DNA of 64,000 nucleotides from Entomortierella parvispora E1425 (Eukaryota; Fungi; Mortierellomycota): NCBI GenBank assembly GCA_020891255.1, contig BQFW01000015.1, positions 248,001 to 312,000 of the forward strand, read 5' to 3'. Shown piece by piece: positions 60,171 to 64,000 of this stretch (position 1 is its first letter; each line of letters starts with the position of its first letter). The notes under the pieces were generated by a model. It saw only the letters and a program-made list of their open reading frames with translations, ran no database searches and was not told where the DNA came from. The position numbers and the translations under genes were made by a program.

Positions 60171-61205
60171 TCAAACCATCTCTTCAAAGGTTGTGTGGAA
60201 ATGAGGTTGAACTTCCTCCCACTGCTGTCCGTTGATATGACATATATATCCGTGCTGGTGAATGAAGCTGTTGCCTTCCCAATTCCCGCTTGGATTACGA
60301 AGTATAATCTGCCATTCCGGATCAACTAACCCGCGGCCCCACAGTTGGTTGTTGCAGATCTTGACGAATAATTGTCTGGATGCATCATATAGTAGGACTG
60401 CGCGAGGGGGAGTTGGCTCTGTGGGTCTGTCGAGGGCCTTTTGCAGTTCTTGGCGGGCTCCCTCAAGTTGCTGCTCGTGTACAGCCTTTGTTGCCTCGTA
60501 TTCTGTCGCCTGCAATTGAAGGTTCAATTCAAATTGGGCATGGGCCTGATCCATCTCTGTATTGACCTGCAAAAGGGCCCCTGCGGACGTCTCGCTCATA
60601 GATTTGTGGCCGTCCACGATCTCGCTTTGGATATCTAGAACAGTCGGATTTTGCTGGAGGAGTGCTTCAAAAATCCTAACGAGATCGTTTCTGTCCCGAT
60701 AGCGATCAATAGTGCATCCCGCAGCGAGGTACATGTTCCAATACTCAGCCTTGAGTTCATCCTCTCTCCTCACAGCCTCTAACTCGTCAATTTGGCCCCA
60801 TCTATTGGTCAACATGACAACATTCTGGAGAGCGTCCTCGCCGCAGAGTTTCTCAAACATCTTAAGGTTCTTGTACGAGCTCCCTCGGACACGGTCCTCT
60901 CGGATGCTGTGGAGGTAAACGATACCACACACTTGAAATCCGTTCCTGTGGAGATTAGCGAGGTGATCAGCGACCTCTGTCAAAATCTCAGTGTCAGATC
61001 GGTGGGTATCGTCAAAACCAGGGGTGTCCAGAATCATGACTGACTGTCCGGCAATTTGACAGGTGACAGCCTCGATGTGCTGAGTGCACGACTTCAGATC
61101 ATCGCCTACCCTTATATCTTGACCAGAGATTTCTCTGATGAGGTAGCTCTTGCCTGCGCCTGTGATACCCATCACAAGGATAATTTTGGCTGAGTGTTCG
61201 CCCAT
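60171..61205 (-). CDS. AIG1/GIMAP-like P-loop GTPase 3 with short coiled coil and a C-terminal beta-rich (QxW) module
   Basis: Start MGEHSAK at 61205. GITGAGKS, SCT, DTPG, TNRW. C-terminal approx. 80 aa VLLYDASRQLFVKICNNQLWG...GQQWEEV. Confidence 0.85.
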   Translation of the reverse strand: MGEHSAKIILVMGITGAGKSYLIREISGQDIRVGDDLKSCTQHIEAVTCQIAGQSVMILDTPGFDDTHRSDTEILTEVADHLANLHRNGFQVCGIVYLHSIREDRVRGSSYKNLKMFEKLCGEDALQNVVMLTNRWGQIDELEAVRREDELKAEYWNMYLAAGCTIDRYRDRNDLVRIFEALLQQNPTVLDIQSEIVDGHKSMSETSAGALLQVNTEMDQAHAQFELNLQLQATEYEATKAVHEQQLEGARQELQKALDRPTEPTPPRAVLLYDASRQLFVKICNNQLWGRGLVDPEWQIILRNPSGNWEGNSFIHQHGYICHINGQQWEEVQPHFHTTFEEMV

Positions 61206-61617
61206 GAGTCTTGTTAATAATTTTTGTTCAATTGGTCGGGATGGAGAGCAGAATGAATGAAAGCAGTTGAGCTCAGGAATTTTTTGCAGACGCAAATTTG
61301 AGCTTTTTTTTTTTTTTTTTTTGGCAAAGTAAGCATCGCGTCTGTTTGTGATCAAACATGCATGCACCTGGGCTGAAGTACTGCACAGTGAAGTAGAGTA
61401 CAAATGGGTAGAGCTATTCTTCTTCCCGTGCTTTGCTTTGCCTTGCTTTGCCCCACAACTCTGGCAAAGTCTACCCTCGCCATTTTACCACAAAGCGCGA
61501 AACACCCAGCGAATCGTGCACGTTCCGTTGCGGGGACTACGGGATACATCATCTATTTAATGAGGGGCCACATCCACGTCCCCCCTCCACCTTTATCACC
61601 CACCATTTGCAAACCTG

Positions 61618-61636
61618 CCCCCCCCCCCCCCCCCCT
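61618..61636. repeat. C19 homopolymer just upstream of GTPase 4
   Basis: Direct reading. Confidence 0.9.
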
Positions 61637-61674
61637 AAACACCAAGCACTCTCACCCTCACTTTTTAATCCAAA

Positions 61675-62808
61675 ATGACAAGTGATAGAACAAGCGACAG
61701 TACAGGCGATAGCAGTACGAAGATCATCTTGGTTATGGGAATCACCGGAGCCGGAAAGAGCTATCTCATCCGAGAAATTTCTGGTCAAGACGTCGGCGTG
61801 GGTCATGGGCTGCAGTCGTTTACCCAGAATATCCAACAAGTTATCTGCGAGATTTCTGGCCATCCAGTCATGATCTTGGACACTCCTGGTTTCGATGACA
61901 CTCATCGCTCGGATACCGAGGTCTTGACAGAGGTTGCTGATTACCTTGCCTCGCTTTACGAGAACGGTTTCCGCGTCGCTGGTATCATCTACCTCCACAA
62001 CATTCGAGAAGATCGTATCCGAGGAAGCTCCTACAAGAACCTGCAGATGTTTGAAAAGCTCTGTGGTCAAGGCGCACTCCAGAACGTCGTCATGTTGACC
62101 AACAGATGGGGGTTGATTGACGAATCCGAAGCCATTATGAAAGAAAGCGAACTCAAGAAAGATTACTGGAACATGTACATCAAGGCAGGTTGCAAAGTCG
62201 ATCGATACAGGGACAGGCGCGATCTTACTCGAATCTTTGAAGGGTTCCTCAGTTATGATACAACGGTCCTCGAGATCCAGCACGAGATGGTGGATCAACA
62301 CATGCCACTCTGCGAAACCGCCGCCGGTGAGGCAGTGAACATTGAACTGGCGAGGCAACAAAAGGAACACAGACAGAAACTGGCAGAGATCGCCGCCGAC
62401 TATGATAGGCAAACCCAAGAAATGAAGGCCATCATGGACGAGGAGCGATTGAAGTTGGAGAATGGACTGCAGCAACTTGAGGTTGACAAAGCGATGATGA
62501 TGACAGAACAACGACGCGCCGAGGAGGCAGCCAAGGCTGGAATGGAGGAGGGGCTCCTCAAGTTGGCCCAGGAACAACAGAGGATGGAAGAGGAGTTCCA
62601 GACGAAAATGAAGGAGATTGGGGCAGAAAAAAATGCAGTTGCGCAGGAGCTGGCCAAGCTTGCTGCCATTAGGGAGCATCAAGAACAGAGAATGAGGATG
62701 AGAAATGATGACGGCGGGTTCTTTGGCTTTTTCAAAAATATGCTTGGTGGTACTCTTGGAGTCCTCGGGGGAGGCGCGGTCACTAAACTTCTTTCAAAGC
62801 TTTTTTAA
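61675..62808 (+). CDS. AIG1/GIMAP-like P-loop GTPase 4 with coiled coil and Gly-rich amphipathic tail
   Basis: GITGAGKS, SFT, DTPG, TNRW. Tail GGFFGFFKNMLGGTLGVLGGGAVTKLLSKLF. Intronless, 377 aa. Confidence 0.88.
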   Translation: MTSDRTSDSTGDSSTKIILVMGITGAGKSYLIREISGQDVGVGHGLQSFTQNIQQVICEISGHPVMILDTPGFDDTHRSDTEVLTEVADYLASLYENGFRVAGIIYLHNIREDRIRGSSYKNLQMFEKLCGQGALQNVVMLTNRWGLIDESEAIMKESELKKDYWNMYIKAGCKVDRYRDRRDLTRIFEGFLSYDTTVLEIQHEMVDQHMPLCETAAGEAVNIELARQQKEHRQKLAEIAADYDRQTQEMKAIMDEERLKLENGLQQLEVDKAMMMTEQRRAEEAAKAGMEEGLLKLAQEQQRMEEEFQTKMKEIGAEKNAVAQELAKLAAIREHQEQRMRMRNDDGGFFGFFKNMLGGTLGVLGGGAVTKLLSKLF

Positions 62809-62948
62809 AGCGAGTGTCCAAGTCAAAACAAAACCAGAACAATAAACTTCTTAACTTACTATAATACCATCTGCTTTTCTGTTTTTGATGTGCATGGAGT
62901 AAAGTGCCAAGTTGATGAAAATGTGGGTTTTATTTTTACTATTTGAAA

Positions 62949-64000
62949 TCAAAAGCCCAGAACGGACATGATACCATATCCAATTGTTACGACGCAGAGA
63001 GTGGCCATGATCGACAATGGGACACCGCTCTTCAAGAAGTCCATCGTCTTTAGGTACGGTTGACCCATTTCGTCTTCTTGTGCAACTGCGTTCATATTTG
63101 GAAAGCCCGAGACTGGCAATCCCATGGCGGCTGAGCAGACTAGCCCCGTGCCCATGACCAAGATTCTGGGGTGAGGATCGGCAAACGACATTCCAACTTG
63201 CTGTACAATTGGCAGGATGATCACAGCGGCGACAGTATGGGAGACAAAAGTAGCAAAGACCAAGGTCAGCGCACTAAAGATGATCAGGACCAGCCACATG
63301 GACATGCCGCTGACAGCGCCCTGAATCTGATGGGCAATGGTGTCCAACAAGCCCGAGGAATTCACGGCGCCTCCAAGAGCGATTCCACCCATTGCCAACA
63401 TAATGACGGTCCACAAGAAGTTGTTGAAGTCCTCCTTGTTCAATAGCCCGGTACCGAAGAACGCAACGAGAGGCAGGATGGCAATCACACCCATATTTCC
63501 GAATTGAGCCTGGAACGTATTTTCGATACACCAGAGAATGATGGTTCCAACTGTCACGACACAGATAAAGACCTGGGCCATCGTAATTGGTTCCTTGGCT
63601 GCACGAATTTGGGGGATCGTGGGCGTGTCGCGCTGTGGACGCCAAAGAAGCATGAGCCATGCCCAGATGATCAGATCTATGACTATACAAAGTGGAATCG
63701 AGACTGCGAACCAATTGCCCCAGGAAGGCGCGGGGTTCATGTTCTGGATCGTGATGATGTTTTGTGGCGAGGAGATAGGAGAAGCCATACCGCCGACGTT
63801 GGAGGCGAGAGCGATGCCCATGATCAGACTCGGTGCAAAAGCCGATTTGTGTGGGAGCGTGCGGAGGATAGACTGATTCGAGAATGAAGAGACAAAGTTA
63901 GAGGTGCTTCTTATCATGCTTTAAAGAAGGCAATGTAAAAAAAAAAAAAAAGGAAACACACGGTACCTGGATCAGAGAGAAGCAAAGGACGGGTGCAGCG
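62949..64000 (-). CDS. Low-affinity phosphate transporter, Pho87/Pho90/Pho91 (SLC13/CitMHS) family, 3' part
   Basis: AAPVLCFSLIQ|SILRTLP across intron 63966-63873. GIALASNVGGMASPISSPQN, FVSHTVAAVI and AMGLPVSGFPN. The 5' end is outside the window. Confidence 0.92.

Noticed and set aside
61206-61403. N-terminal extension of GTPase 3
   Set aside because: Runs through a poly-A tract. The paralogs start 5-12 residues before KII(L/I)VMG, matching ATG 61205.

Overview
Eukaryotic, intron-containing fungal DNA, most consistent with an early-diverging fungus of the Mortierellaceae type. That assignment is inferred from gene content and splice style, not from a database hit. The left part (1-35 kb) is mainly housekeeping: a PRRC2/BAT2_N-like gene, a catalase-related heme protein, a mitochondrial PDK/BCKDK kinase, MDM35, the DNA 6mA methyltransferase MTA1/AMT1, cytochrome c1, an ODC mitochondrial carrier and a giant ATG4. 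It is interspersed with two small secreted Cys-rich proteins and a PARP-like ADP-ribosyltransferase. The right part (35-63 kb) is a fast-evolving accessory island with three components. (1) A Crinkler-type (Ubl header + PD-(D/E)xK nuclease +/- kinase) effector array: 4 intact copies plus at least 5 decayed or truncated copies or fragments. Its 5' and 3' modules are recombined combinatorially, and two genes share an apparently perfect 981-bp inverted repeat around a spacer carrying a repeated upstream module. (2) A decayed LINE with RNase H and an inverted ATG4 paralog fragment. (3) Four intronless AIG1/GIMAP-like GTPases in two divergent pairs, each ending in a different C-terminal module (basic-aromatic tail, CaaX, QxW lectin-like, Gly-rich amphipathic tail). 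The window ends inside a PHO87/90/91-type phosphate transporter. No tRNA, rRNA or CRISPR array was seen. Exon boundaries were assembled by hand, and all identities are by-eye estimates.
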